A stretch of DNA of 64,000 nucleotides from Blastocatellia bacterium. GTDB taxonomy: Bacteria > Acidobacteriota > Blastocatellia > UBA7656. Below are positions 10,657 through 21,300 of the stretch, piece after piece. The notes below the pieces were generated by a model. It saw only the letters and a list, made by a program, of their open reading frames with translations, ran no database searches and had not been told where the DNA came from. Each line of letters starts with the position of its first letter. The first letter of the stretch is position 1. The stretch spans positions 450,754 through 514,753 of the forward strand of contig CAWDRU010000002.1 of assembly GCA_963804815.1 (NCBI GenBank), in the 5' to 3' direction. A program made the translations under genes and the position numbers.

Positions 10657-11838
10657 TTAGAATGCTTCGATAATCATGGCAATGCCCTGACCGCCGCCGA
10701 TGCAGGCCGTCGCAAGCCCTCGTTTTTTTCCTCGCCGCCGCAGTTCAAGCAACAGGGTCAGAACCAGACGTGTGCCCGATGCTCCGAGCGGGTGGCCGAG
10801 CGCAATCGCGCCGCCGTTGACATTCGTGCGTGTGCGGTCAAGCCCCAGTTCTCGCTCGACCGCAAGGTACTGGCCTGCGAATGCTTCGTTGACTTCGACC
10901 AGATCGATGTCGTCGAGGCTCAAGCTGGCGGCGGCGAGCGCTTTCTGCGAGGCAGGCACAGGGCCAATGCCCATTATCTCAGGCGGCACACCCGCGACGC
11001 CCCACGAGACTATGCGGCCAAGCGGACGCGCTTCAAGCCTGTGCGCAGTCTTTTCGTCTGCAATGACTACGGCTGCCGCGCCATCAACTATGCCCGAAGC
11101 ATTGCCCGCCGTGACAAGCCCGTCTTTTGCGAAAGCCGGTTTGAGTCTGGAAAGCCCTTCTATAGTTGTGTCGGGGCGCAGATGATCGTCGCGCTCAAAC
11201 ATCCGGGTTGCTTTGCGGCCTTTGATCTCGACCGGCACTATCTCGTCTGCAAACGCGCCTGCTTCCCACGCGGCGGCTGCGCGTTGCTGGCTCAGCAGCG
11301 CAAACTCGTCCTGCATTTCGCGCGAGATTTCAAATTTGCGCGCGAGGTTTTCTGCCGTCTGCGCCATATAGTAGCCGCAATGCGTATCGAGCAATGCGAC
11401 CATCAGCGAGTCTTCGAGTTTGCCTTCGCCGAGTTTCAGCCCCCATCGCGCTCCGCGAATGACGTGCGGGGCCTGGCTCATCGATTCCATGCCGCCTGCA
11501 AGCACCGTCTCTGCTTCGCCGAGTTGAATCATCTGCGCGCCGGAGATGATTGATTGAATCCCTGAGCCGCAAAGTCGATTGACCGTCAGCGCCGGTTTGT
11601 CGATCGGCACACCGGCTTTCAACGCGACGTGGCGCGCGCCGTAAATGGCGTCGCCCGAAGTCTGCAAAGCGTTTCCGATTACTGTGTGATCAATCGCATC
11701 GGGCGAAATGTTGCTGCGTTCAATCGCCGCGCGCGCGGCAATTGCTCCCAACTCGTTAGCCGTCAGATCGCGAAGCGCGCCGCCATATTCGCCCATCGGG
11801 GTTCGCGCGCCGCCGAGTATCAAAATCTCTTTTGCCAT
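10657..11838 (-). CDS. acetyl-CoA C-acetyltransferase (thiolase II)
   Basis: 393 aa. Contains the LCGSG active-site Cys region, NVNGGAIALGHPLGASG and GLATACIGGGQG thiolase signatures. Confidence 0.95.
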   Translation of the reverse strand: MAKEILILGGARTPMGEYGGALRDLTANELGAIAARAAIERSNISPDAIDHTVIGNALQTSGDAIYGARHVALKAGVPIDKPALTVNRLCGSGIQSIISGAQMIQLGEAETVLAGGMESMSQAPHVIRGARWGLKLGEGKLEDSLMVALLDTHCGYYMAQTAENLARKFEISREMQDEFALLSQQRAAAAWEAGAFADEIVPVEIKGRKATRMFERDDHLRPDTTIEGLSRLKPAFAKDGLVTAGNASGIVDGAAAVVIADEKTAHRLEARPLGRIVSWGVAGVPPEIMGIGPVPASQKALAAASLSLDDIDLVEVNEAFAGQYLAVERELGLDRTRTNVNGGAIALGHPLGASGTRLVLTLLLELRRRGKKRGLATACIGGGQGIAMIIEAF

Positions 11839-11990
11839 AAATTCTCCGAAATGTTAATGACTGAATTTAAATTAACAGAACGGCATCGCTCGTTCAAATA
11901 TCGTACGAAATAGACGATAAATAATTGGTCGATTGACAGTAAGTTTAATCTCAAATAGAATTACAAAGCCGCATTTAAGAAAGCTCCCTA

Positions 11991-12246
11991 TTAAAATAAC
12001 GTGAATTCGACATAATGATCGAAGTAAAAGCCCTGAAAGGGCGAAATTCAATAGCCGTGGGTGAAACCCACGGTATGCAATGCCACTACCACACAAGCCC
12101 TGTAAGGGCGAAATAAATCACTTGGTTTATTTCGCCCTTACAGGGCTTATAGTTTATCTTGATGCAAGACACAGGGCGATGCCCTGTGCTATTGAATTTC
12201 GCCCTTTCAGGGCTGATTATTATGTCGAATTCACGTTAAAATAATT
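11991..12246. repeat. structured palindromic element of about 256 bp. Imperfect terminal inverted repeats of about 60 bp enclose three internal hairpins, possibly a MITE or structured ncRNA.
   Basis: The left arm ttaaaataacgtgaattcgacataat...agccctgaaagggcgaaattcaatagc is mirrored by gctattgaatttcgccctttcagggct...attatgtcgaattcacgttaaaataatt. Internal hairpins: ccgtgggtgaaacccacgg (12055-12073), a perfect 21-bp-arm hairpin gccctgtaagggcgaaataaa/tttatttcgcccttacagggc (12097-12146), and cacagggcgatgccctgtg (12170-12188). Confidence 0.6.
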
Positions 12247-12503
12247 GAATTGTCCCGGAGTGATTGACTGAATTTTCAATATCGCTCTTCAATGCAGTTT
12301 TCAAAAATGTTCTCTGCAAAAGCATCCGAGGTTCGCTGGAAATCGATCAGTTGATTAGGGAAGATTTTGCTTTTGCAAGCGGTCTAAATAGATGTTGGGA
12401 AAGTAATATACGAGCAAAGGGAGAAAACATCGAAGACTGGCAGTAACTGCTAATCAAAGCCATTCCCATTGCCCTCTTGACTGGATAAAATAAGGAGAAA
12501 CGG

Positions 12504-15500
12504 ATGAAGAACCTGAACGACCGGACGCTTACAGAACTGTCTAAACGACTGGCATATATAAGAAATAAGCCGCTACTGGTAGTTTCGAGTATTATGCTTC
12601 TATCTTTTGCCGTCATAGCTTTGCCAGTAGCAATGCTTAAAGTCACCGCCGCCGGACAGCCCGCCGAATCCCAGATAAGCGAAGCCGCTCAACTACAGAT
12701 CAAGGCGCTGCTGGACGAAAAAGAGTCGCGCACGCCAGCGCAACAGAAAATAGATTCGCAACTTATTTATGCCAGCAAGATGTTTCGCGGGCAAAGTATT
12801 GCCGCCGGTGTGCCGACTCTTGAAGTAGAAGTCGGACTCGACAGCTCTGGAAAAGCTACAGTTGATATTATAACGATAATTGATGATAAGGTGCTGTCCG
12901 CGCTCAAATCAGTCGGAGCCGAAATCCTTTATTCCTCCGAAGTCTATCAGAGCATCCGCGCTGTTGTACCGATTGACAGACTTGAAACAATCGCGGCTCT
13001 TCAGCAGGTTCGATTCATTCAGCCGAAACAGGAATCCAGAACTTCCCAGCGTGTGCAGCGACCGCCGAGCTTGCCCGGTCAGGTTTCGCAAACTCCCGGC
13101 TTCGATGCGCGCGCCGCGCAGGTGCGCGCTCAAGTGTCGGAAGCGATGACTGATGCCATCCTGCCCAACGGCACTCTGAGCGTCGGCAGCGTCGCCTCCG
13201 AGGGCGATTCTACGCACAGAGCCTCGACCGCGCGCGGCACATTCAATGTTAACGGAACGGGCATCAAGATCGGTGTGATTTCAGACGGTGTAACCAATCT
13301 TGCAGCCTCTCAGGCTTTAGGTGATCTTGGAACGGTGACTGTGTTGCCGGGGCAGGTTGGGAGCGGCGACGAAGGCACGGCGATGCTGGAGATCATTCAT
13401 GACGTAGCGCCGGGCGCGCAGCTTTTCTTTGCGACTGCCGACCCTACGATCACGCAATTTGCTCAAAACATCCGCGATCTGCGGACAGCCGGTTGCGACA
13501 TCATAGTTGACGACGTGGGCTATTTCGTTGAATCGGCATTTCAGGACGGTACGCCGGGCGTCACGAATACCAACGGTGGTGCCGTCACTCAAGCCGTGAA
13601 TGATGTTGTGGCAGCGGGCGCGCTCTATTTCTCGTCGGCTGCGAATTCAGGCAACAAAAATGACAACACCTCAACCACGTGGGAAGGCGATTTCGCCAAC
13701 GGCGGCACGCTTGCCGTTGTCCCAGGCGGCGGCACTGTTCATGATTTCGATCCGTCAGCCGCTGTCGCGCAGATTGATATAATCACTGTCGGCGGGGGAA
13801 CAGGCGTTCCCATCAACCTTTCGTGGTCAGACGCGCTCGGCGCTTCATCCAACGATTATGATCTGTTCATTCTGAACAATGCCGGAACAGCTGTCAGCAC
13901 TTCTTCCACAAACATTCAGAGCGGCACGCAAGACCCTTATGAGCAGGTCAATACAAATAACACAACAGGCCGTCGCGTTGTGATTCGCCAGAAAGCGGGC
14001 GCGGCCAATCGCTTCGTTCATCTGAGCCTCAACGGCGGGCTGATAACTTTCAACACTCAGGGCGAAACGCACGGGCATGCTGCGGCCTCCGGTTGTTATG
14101 GCGTAGCGGCGACCCCTGCCTTTTCAGCTTTCAATTTCCCGCCGCCTCTGAACGTCGGGCCTTATCCGGGGGCTTATAACGGAACCAGTCAGGTGGAATT
14201 TTTCAGTTCTGACGGCCCGCGCAAGTTTTTCTATAACGGCAACGGTACAGCCATCACTCCGGGCGACTTTTCATCAACCGGCGGCACGACTATTCAGCAA
14301 CCTGTTATCTCGGCTGCCGACGGCGTAGTCGTCACCGGAGTCGGAGATTTCCCGGTTCCATTCTTCGGCACGTCAGCCGCAGCGCCGCACGCTGCCGCCA
14401 TCGCGGGCCTCATCAAATCAGCCAATCCGTCATTCACACAGGCGCAGATCAAGACGGCTCTGACCACGACGGCTATTGATATAGAGACGGCTGGAACAGA
14501 CCGCGACGCAGGGTTCGGCATCGTCATGCCTTACCCGGCGCTGCAATCGCTCGGCGTGACGGGCAAGGCGTTTCTCGAACCGGGTTCGATTACGGCGACA
14601 GAAGTTTGCTGCAACTCCAACGGATTGATCGAGCGCGGCGAAAGTGCTTCACTAAACGTCGTCTTGAATAATCCGGGGCTGTTGAACGCGACGGGCATCA
14701 CTTCAACTCTGGCTACATCAACGCCGGGCGTCACTGTACTGAGCGGCTCATCTGCTTATTCAGACCTTGCTGCAACCTCTGGCACAGGGACGAACGCGAC
14801 GCCGTTCAGCTTCTCGTTAGCCACGAATTCGGCGGTTGATCTGGTAATTAATTTTACCTTGACGGTTAGCTATGCGGGCGGATGGAATCCGTCGCAGGTA
14901 ATCAACTTCACAGTCGAAACCGGTCGCAAGCCGATCACTACGGTATTAGATACTACAACTCCGACGACCAGCACCAGCTTCCCAACATCCATAACCGGAA
15001 CGCAGACAAATCTTGTTTTCCCGGATGATCCGCCAAGCACCTGCGCGGTTCCTACAGCATTTCCGGGCACGCTTACGTCAACGACTCCAAGGTTTGATTC
15101 TTACACTTTGACGAACACAAGTGGGGCCACCGCCTGCGTAACAATTACGATAACGGCTGACAAAACCGCACTCGGCGCTGTTCAGGCAGTTGCGTATAAC
15201 GGAGCTTTCAATCCGGCAAGCGTCGGCACGAATTATCTGGCGGATCCCGGATTCAGCTCTATAGTCTTCCCCGGCTATCCCGGAGTTTTCTCCGGCAATA
15301 TTCCTGCCGCGGGAACCCTCACTGTTGTTGTGGTTGAATTGAAATCACCCGCGAATGGTTTCCCAAGCGCGGTCGGCAGCAGTTACACGCTCAAGGTGGC
15401 GGGTCTGCCCGTGACCGCTGCGCCGACGCTGGCAAAGGTCGGCTCGTTCGACGCGATAAATTCTAACGACGGGCGCGTGCTTCTGAAATGGAACTCGACT

Positions 15501-17903
15501 TATGAGGTAGAAAATCTCGGCTACAACGTCTACCGCGAAGTCGCTGGCCAGCGCACGAAAGTCAATCCTCAACTCATCGCCGGTTCGGCGCTGATCACCG
15601 GCGACAAGGTTGCGCTCGGTTCAGGAAAGGGCTATGCGTGGGGAGATCAGCCGCAGTCAACAGCCTCGGCCCGCTACTGGCTCGAAGCCGTTGACCTCAA
15701 CGGCCAGAGCACCTGGACCGGACCCGTTTCGGTCAAGTCTTTCTCCGGCAATCCCGCCGCTAACCTCGAACAGTCCGCCCTGCTGACCAGAATCGGTCTG
15801 GCTCAGGCTCAGATGACCCTCGGTCAGGGGTCAACTCCTGTCGAAGCGCGCGCGCAGGTGGCGGCGGTTTCCGCTGCGGGCTTGCAGACTCAAACGGGGC
15901 TGGCCGGTCAGGCAGCCGTCAAGATAGCTGTCAGGCGCGAAGGCTGGTATCGAATCTCGCAAGGCGAATTGGTTGCGGCGGGACTTGATTCGAGAGTCGA
16001 TCCGCGCAACCTCCAACTCTATGTTGACGGGCAGGCAGTCGGGATGGTTGTCAACGGCGAGCAGGACGGCAGATTCGAGGCTGCGGATTCACTGGAGTTC
16101 TACGGCGTGGGACTCAACAGCGCAGCCACAGACGCACACGTCTACTGGCTGGCGGCAAGCACACAACCCGGCACACGCATAAAGGCAACGCGGGCGACGG
16201 GCGGAACAGCGACCTCAGCAAGCTTCCCCTACAGCGTGGAACGCAAAGACCGGACGTTGTATTTCTCAGCCTTGAAAAACGGGGATGTGGAGAACTTCTT
16301 CGGGCCGGTCGTATCAGCGACGGGAATCGAGCAGACGCTGGCGCTGACAGGACTCGCGGCAGGGGCGGCATCTGCGAGCCTTGACGTGTCGCTGCAAGGG
16401 GTGACGGGACTGACGCATCAGGTGAGAGTGCTGCTCAATGGAGCGAACGTCGGAGTAGTGAACTTCACCGGGCAGAGTCAGGGCAAGGCTCGCCTTGCCC
16501 TATCACAGAGCCAGTTGCGAGAAGGAGTGAACACGGTGCAGCTGACGGCGCTGGGAGGCAGTTCGGACATAAGCCTTGTTGAAAGCCTGAGAGTCACCTA
16601 TCAGCGGAAGTACACGGCAGACAACAACGCGCTGAGGCTGAACGCGGCAGGCGGGCAGCAGGTGACGATAGGAGGGTTCACATCGACCGGCATACGAGTG
16701 ATGGATGTGACGGATTGGAACAACGTGCAGGAGTTGACCGGAGCAGTATTGGGAGGGAAGACGAACGGAAGCATCACAATAACGGTGCCGGGAACAGGGC
16801 CGCGAGTGTTGTATGCGTTTTCGTCAGACCGGGCGATGAGCGTGACGCCAAAGGCGAACACGCCGTCGAACCTGAGGGGAGGAAGCCCTGCCGCCGATTA
16901 CATAATGATAACGACAAGAGAGATGGCGGCGAGCCTGAATCCGTTGAAGACGTTGAGAGAGAGTCAGGGCCTTGCAGTAGCGGTCGTGGACGTAGAGGAC
17001 ATCTATGACGAGTTCAGCTACGGGAACAAGAATGCGCAGGCGGTGAAGGATTACCTGACGCTGGCCAACAGTAGTTTTGGAAGGCCGGTGAGATTCGTGC
17101 TGCTTGCAGGAGATGCGAGCTATGACCCGAAGAATTATCTGGGATACGGAGACAGCGACCTTGTGCCGACGAAGCTGTATGACAGCGGGTACATGGAAGC
17201 GGCGACAGATGATGGGTTCGTGGACTTCAATGGAGACAATGTGCCGGATGTGGCGATAGGGAGGTTGCCGGTGCGCAACGCGACGGAAGCGGCGGCAATG
17301 GTAGGAAAGATAGTTCGATATGAAAGCTCAGCAGGGTCGAATACGGTGCTGCTGTCATCAGATCTGGGAGACGGGTATAACTTCGGGTCAGTGAACACAG
17401 CGCTGAGAGGACTGCTGCCGTCCGGAGTGGGGGTGAGCGAAATAAACCGAGGAAGCGCGGATGACGGGGTAGTTAGAAATCAGCTTCTTGAGGCGATCAA
17501 CGCGGGACAGAAGATCGTGAATTATAATGGACACGGAAGCGTGACTCTGTTGAGAGGCAACATTCTGACAGGAAGTGATGCGGCAACAATGACAAACACC
17601 CAGAAGCTGTCGGTGTTTGTGATGATGACGTGTCTGAATGGATACTTTGATGATCCGGGAGTAGACAGCCTGAGCGAGAGCGTGATGAAGGCAGCGGGAG
17701 GAGCAGCGGGAGCGTGGGCATCAGCTGCGCAGTGCGAACCGTTCGGACAAGCACTGATGAATCAGGAGCTATATCGTTTGTTGTTTAACGGTCAGAATCT
17801 GACGCTGGGCGAAGCGACGGCGAAAGCAAAAGCCTCGGTCAGCGACGTTGACGTGCGAAGGTCGTGGATCTATTTCGGAGACCCGGCGATGAAGCTGAAG
17901 TAA
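12504..17903 (+). CDS. giant secreted dual-protease protein. Signal anchor, subtilase-like (S8) domain, Thr/Ser-rich beta and FN3-like middle region, C-terminal gingipain-like (peptidase C25) domain.
   Basis: 1799 aa with a ribosome-binding site ataaggaga. S8-like motifs: IGVISDGV (Asp), IIHDVAPGA (His), SAANSGN (Asn) and GTSAAAPHAAAIAGL (Ser). C25-like region: FVLLAGDASYDP...DVAIGRLPV...IVRYES...NYNGHGSV (His) ...MMTCLNGYF (Cys). A terminator hairpin lies downstream. Confidence 0.9.
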   Translation: MKNLNDRTLTELSKRLAYIRNKPLLVVSSIMLLSFAVIALPVAMLKVTAAGQPAESQISEAAQLQIKALLDEKESRTPAQQKIDSQLIYASKMFRGQSIAAGVPTLEVEVGLDSSGKATVDIITIIDDKVLSALKSVGAEILYSSEVYQSIRAVVPIDRLETIAALQQVRFIQPKQESRTSQRVQRPPSLPGQVSQTPGFDARAAQVRAQVSEAMTDAILPNGTLSVGSVASEGDSTHRASTARGTFNVNGTGIKIGVISDGVTNLAASQALGDLGTVTVLPGQVGSGDEGTAMLEIIHDVAPGAQLFFATADPTITQFAQNIRDLRTAGCDIIVDDVGYFVESAFQDGTPGVTNTNGGAVTQAVNDVVAAGALYFSSAANSGNKNDNTSTTWEGDFANGGTLAVVPGGGTVHDFDPSAAVAQIDIITVGGGTGVPINLSWSDALGASSNDYDLFILNNAGTAVSTSSTNIQSGTQDPYEQVNTNNTTGRRVVIRQKAGAANRFVHLSLNGGLITFNTQGETHGHAAASGCYGVAATPAFSAFNFPPPLNVGPYPGAYNGTSQVEFFSSDGPRKFFYNGNGTAITPGDFSSTGGTTIQQPVISAADGVVVTGVGDFPVPFFGTSAAAPHAAAIAGLIKSANPSFTQAQIKTALTTTAIDIETAGTDRDAGFGIVMPYPALQSLGVTGKAFLEPGSITATEVCCNSNGLIERGESASLNVVLNNPGLLNATGITSTLATSTPGVTVLSGSSAYSDLAATSGTGTNATPFSFSLATNSAVDLVINFTLTVSYAGGWNPSQVINFTVETGRKPITTVLDTTTPTTSTSFPTSITGTQTNLVFPDDPPSTCAVPTAFPGTLTSTTPRFDSYTLTNTSGATACVTITITADKTALGAVQAVAYNGAFNPASVGTNYLADPGFSSIVFPGYPGVFSGNIPAAGTLTVVVVELKSPANGFPSAVGSSYTLKVAGLPVTAAPTLAKVGSFDAINSNDGRVLLKWNSTYEVENLGYNVYREVAGQRTKVNPQLIAGSALITGDKVALGSGKGYAWGDQPQSTASARYWLEAVDLNGQSTWTGPVSVKSFSGNPAANLEQSALLTRIGLAQAQMTLGQGSTPVEARAQVAAVSAAGLQTQTGLAGQAAVKIAVRREGWYRISQGELVAAGLDSRVDPRNLQLYVDGQAVGMVVNGEQDGRFEAADSLEFYGVGLNSAATDAHVYWLAASTQPGTRIKATRATGGTATSASFPYSVERKDRTLYFSALKNGDVENFFGPVVSATGIEQTLALTGLAAGAASASLDVSLQGVTGLTHQVRVLLNGANVGVVNFTGQSQGKARLALSQSQLREGVNTVQLTALGGSSDISLVESLRVTYQRKYTADNNALRLNAAGGQQVTIGGFTSTGIRVMDVTDWNNVQELTGAVLGGKTNGSITITVPGTGPRVLYAFSSDRAMSVTPKANTPSNLRGGSPAADYIMITTREMAASLNPLKTLRESQGLAVAVVDVEDIYDEFSYGNKNAQAVKDYLTLANSSFGRPVRFVLLAGDASYDPKNYLGYGDSDLVPTKLYDSGYMEAATDDGFVDFNGDNVPDVAIGRLPVRNATEAAAMVGKIVRYESSAGSNTVLLSSDLGDGYNFGSVNTALRGLLPSGVGVSEINRGSADDGVVRNQLLEAINAGQKIVNYNGHGSVTLLRGNILTGSDAATMTNTQKLSVFVMMTCLNGYFDDPGVDSLSESVMKAAGGAAGAWASAAQCEPFGQALMNQELYRLLFNGQNLTLGEATAKAKASVSDVDVRRSWIYFGDPAMKLK

Positions 17904-17937
17904 GAAGGCAGCGTTCGTAATGATAGATTGTAAGAAA

Positions 17938-17972
17938 GGGCTGAGGAGGAAACTTCTCGGCCCTCTTTTTTT
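17938..17972 (+). terminator. rho-independent terminator after the first giant protease gene
   Basis: Hairpin agggctgag...ctcggccct followed by ttttttt. The same element is duplicated after the second copy. Confidence 0.6.
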
Positions 17973-18367
17973 GAAAGGGCCGATCAGTGGTTAAACGATG
18001 ATATTGATTATTGACAGTAGAGATGCATCACCTCTAGAATAAAGCCGCTGCATTATGGAGCAAATGTAGCTTGTTTGTCGGGTCAGGGCTAATGTGGCAA
18101 TTAACATAATTAAACCTGCGAGAGTAATTAGTTTTATTGCTCTTTAAATGGGTGATTGGACTTGACTGCTCTGTAAACTCAACCCCCTTTCTCAATCTGA
18201 ATAAAACGGTAGCCTGGCTAATCAGGCTGGCGCTATTCAATCGAACAATGGTTATTAACGCTTGCAACAGGAATAGACCTCCTGCAAAAGAAGTCGAATC
18301 TTCGACTGTCATCAAAATAAGGAAAGAAATAATTTTGCAAGAGGTCTAATAGAATAAGGAGAGACTT

Positions 18368-21300
18368 ATGAAAAAACTGAACGGCTCAAAGCTTACCAGA
18401 TTGCCGAATCGCCCGGCACATAAAAAGATCAACCCTGTTCTGATACTTTCGAGTATCCTTTTATTGTCGATTGCCATTATAGCTTTGCCAGGCCTGAGGA
18501 CGAGAGTCACCGCTGCGGGCCAGCCCCAAAAGAGCAGCGCCGAATCGCAGATAAGCGAAGCCGCTCAACTACAGATCAAAGCACTGCTGGACGAAAAAGA
18601 GTCGCGCACGCCAGCGCAACAGAAAATAGATTCGCAACTTATTTATGCCAGTAAGATGTATCGCGGGCAGAGCGTCGCCGCAGGGATTTCAACCCTCGAA
18701 GTGAATGTCGGACTTGAAAGCGACGGAAGAGTAGTCGTTGACCTGACGGCCTATGTGGTCGATGACAAACTGCTCGCCGGGATCAAGGCAGCCGGGGGCG
18801 AAGTCATGATCGTTTCCGCGCCTTATGGCAGCGTCCGCGTCAAAGTTTCCATAAATCAGTTAGAGACAATCGCGGGCTTCTCGCAGGTTCGGTTCATTCA
18901 GCCGGAGCAAAAAGCTCTGGTGTCGTCTCAGCGCACAAGGCCGACCGACAACGTGTCGGATCAGGCCGCGCAGTCTCCGAGTTTTGAAGCGCGCGCCGAG
19001 TCTGTGCGCGAACAACTCTCTGACGCACTGAATAACGCCATACTGCCCAACGGCACACTCAGCACCGGCAACTTCGCGTCCGAAGGCGACACCACGCATC
19101 GAGCCACAACCGCGCGGGGCACTTTCAATGTTGACGGAACGGGCATCAAGATCGGCGTCCTCTCAAACGGCGTGGTCAGTTTGGCTCAGGCTCAGGCGAC
19201 GGGCGATCTTGGACCGGTGACCGTGTTGGTGGGACAAACAGGTTCAGCCGACGAAGGCACGGCGATGCTTGAGATCGTTCACGACATCGCTCCGGGTGCG
19301 CAGCTTTTCTTTGCCACAGGCTTGCCGACCATCACCCAGTTTGCGCAAAACATCCGCGACCTGCGCACGGCGGGTTGCGACATCATCGTTGATGATCTGG
19401 GCTACTTTGTAGAATCGCCGTTTCAGGACGGGCAGACCGGAACCACCAACACCAACGGCGGCGTTGTCACTCAAGCCGTCAACGATGTCGTAGCCGCAGG
19501 CGCGCTGTATTTTTCGTCAGCGGCAAATTCGGGCAACAAGAATGACAACACGTCAGGCACGTGGGAAGGCGATTTCGTCAGCGGCGGCACGCTGGCCCTT
19601 ATCCCCGGCGGCGGATTAGTTAACGACTTCGACCCGTCGGCAGCGGTCGCGCAGAATAACCTGCTCACCCTCGGCGGAGGCGCAACCTCTCCCATCAGTA
19701 TTGCGTGGTCAGACCCGCTCGGCGGCTCATCGAACGATTATGACTTGTTCATCCTGAACAATGCGGGAACGACTGTGGTCGCGTCTTCGACCAATACTCA
19801 GAGCGGCACGCAGGACCCTTATGAACAGACGGGCAGCAACACGACTAACAACCGGGCCGTGATTCGCCAGAAAGCGGGTGCGCTCAATCGCTTCCTTCAC
19901 CTGTCAACCAACAGAGGGCGTCTAACTTTCAGCACCGATGGCGAAACGCACGGCCATGCCTGTGCCACCGGAGCCTACGGCGTGGCTGCAACGCCAGCCT
20001 ACTCGCCGTTCAACTTCGCGCCGCCGCCGGTATTCGGCCCTTTCCCCAACTTCTACAGCACAGCGGATAAAGTCGAAACCTTCAGTTCTGACGGCCCGCG
20101 CCGAATTTTCTTTAACGGTAATGGTACGGCCATAACCCCCGGCGATTTTTCATCGACTGGCGGTCAGGTCTTGCAGCAACCGCTCATCACGGCTGCCGAC
20201 GGCGTGGCTGTAACGGGCGTGGGAGGATTCGCGTCGCCGTTCTTCGGAACCTCGGCAGCAGCGCCGCACGCCGCCGCTATCGCGGGACTAATCAAATCGG
20301 CCAATCCGTCGTTTACGCAGGCGCAGATCAAGACGGCCCTGACCACGACGGCGCTTGATATTGAAGCGGCAGGCACAGACCGCGATTCCGGGTTCGGCAC
20401 CATCATGCCTTACGCCGCTCTGCAATCGCTCGGTGTGACCGGCAAAGCCTTTATCGAACTCGGCACGGCCACGGCCACGGAAACCTGTTGCAACCTGAAC
20501 GGTTTGATCGAACGAGGCGAAGGCGCTTCGCTCAACGTCGTTTTAAATAATCCGGGATTGTTGAACGCGACGGGCATCACTTCAACTCTGGCTACTACAA
20601 CACCGGGCGTAAGCATACTGAACAACACGTCAGCCTACACAGACCTTGTGGCGACCTCCGGCACAGCGGCGAACACAACGCCGTTCGCCTTCTCATTGTC
20701 CACAATTGCTGCGGTTGATGTGACGATTAATTTCACCTTGACGGTCAGTTACACGGGCGGGTGGAATCCGTCGCAGGTAATCAATTTCACGGTTGAAACA
20801 GGCCGTAAATCCATTACCACGACTATAGACACCACAGCGCCGACGACCAGCACCAGCTTCCCGACGACGGCGACAAACAACCAGACAGCGCGTCTGTTCC
20901 GCGCAGACCCGGCCAGCACCTGCGCCGTTCCGCACGCATTCCCCGGAACATCGGGAGCAGGAAACAGGAGGTTCGATTCTTACACCTTGACCAATCCTGC
21001 CGGTTCTCCGACGGCCTGCGTCACAGTAACGCTAACGATTGACAAAGCTGCGACAGACTTTTTACAGGCTGTCGCATATTCGGGCAGCTTTAACCCGGCC
21101 AGTTTGGGCACGAACTTCATAGCCGATATTGGGGCCAGTCCCAGTATTGGTTATGCCAAGTCTCTTTCTTTCAATCTTGCCGGAGGCGCGACTGTTGTTA
21201 TTGTCGTAAACGAAACAACAGCCGCTGGCGCGGGAACAAACACGCCTTACACGTTGAGGGTGGCGGGCATACCCATAACCGCTGCGCCGACGCTGGCAAA

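Noticed and set aside
10612-11553. 313-aa plus-strand ORF antisense to the thiolase gene
   Set aside because: The thiolase frame is unambiguous. The antisense ORF has no ribosome-binding site and no recognisable domain.
16114-16371. Minus-strand ORFs inside the giant protease genes that recur in both copies (e.g. 16114-16371 and 21978-22235; 16601-16861 and 22465-22725)
   Set aside because: They recur only because the underlying DNA is duplicated. They are antisense shadow frames, not conserved small genes.
18034-18349. Two small ORFs (93 aa minus, 70 aa plus) in the AT-rich spacer between the giant genes
   Set aside because: No ribosome-binding site and no similarity to anything recognisable. 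The region more plausibly holds the promoter of the second giant gene.
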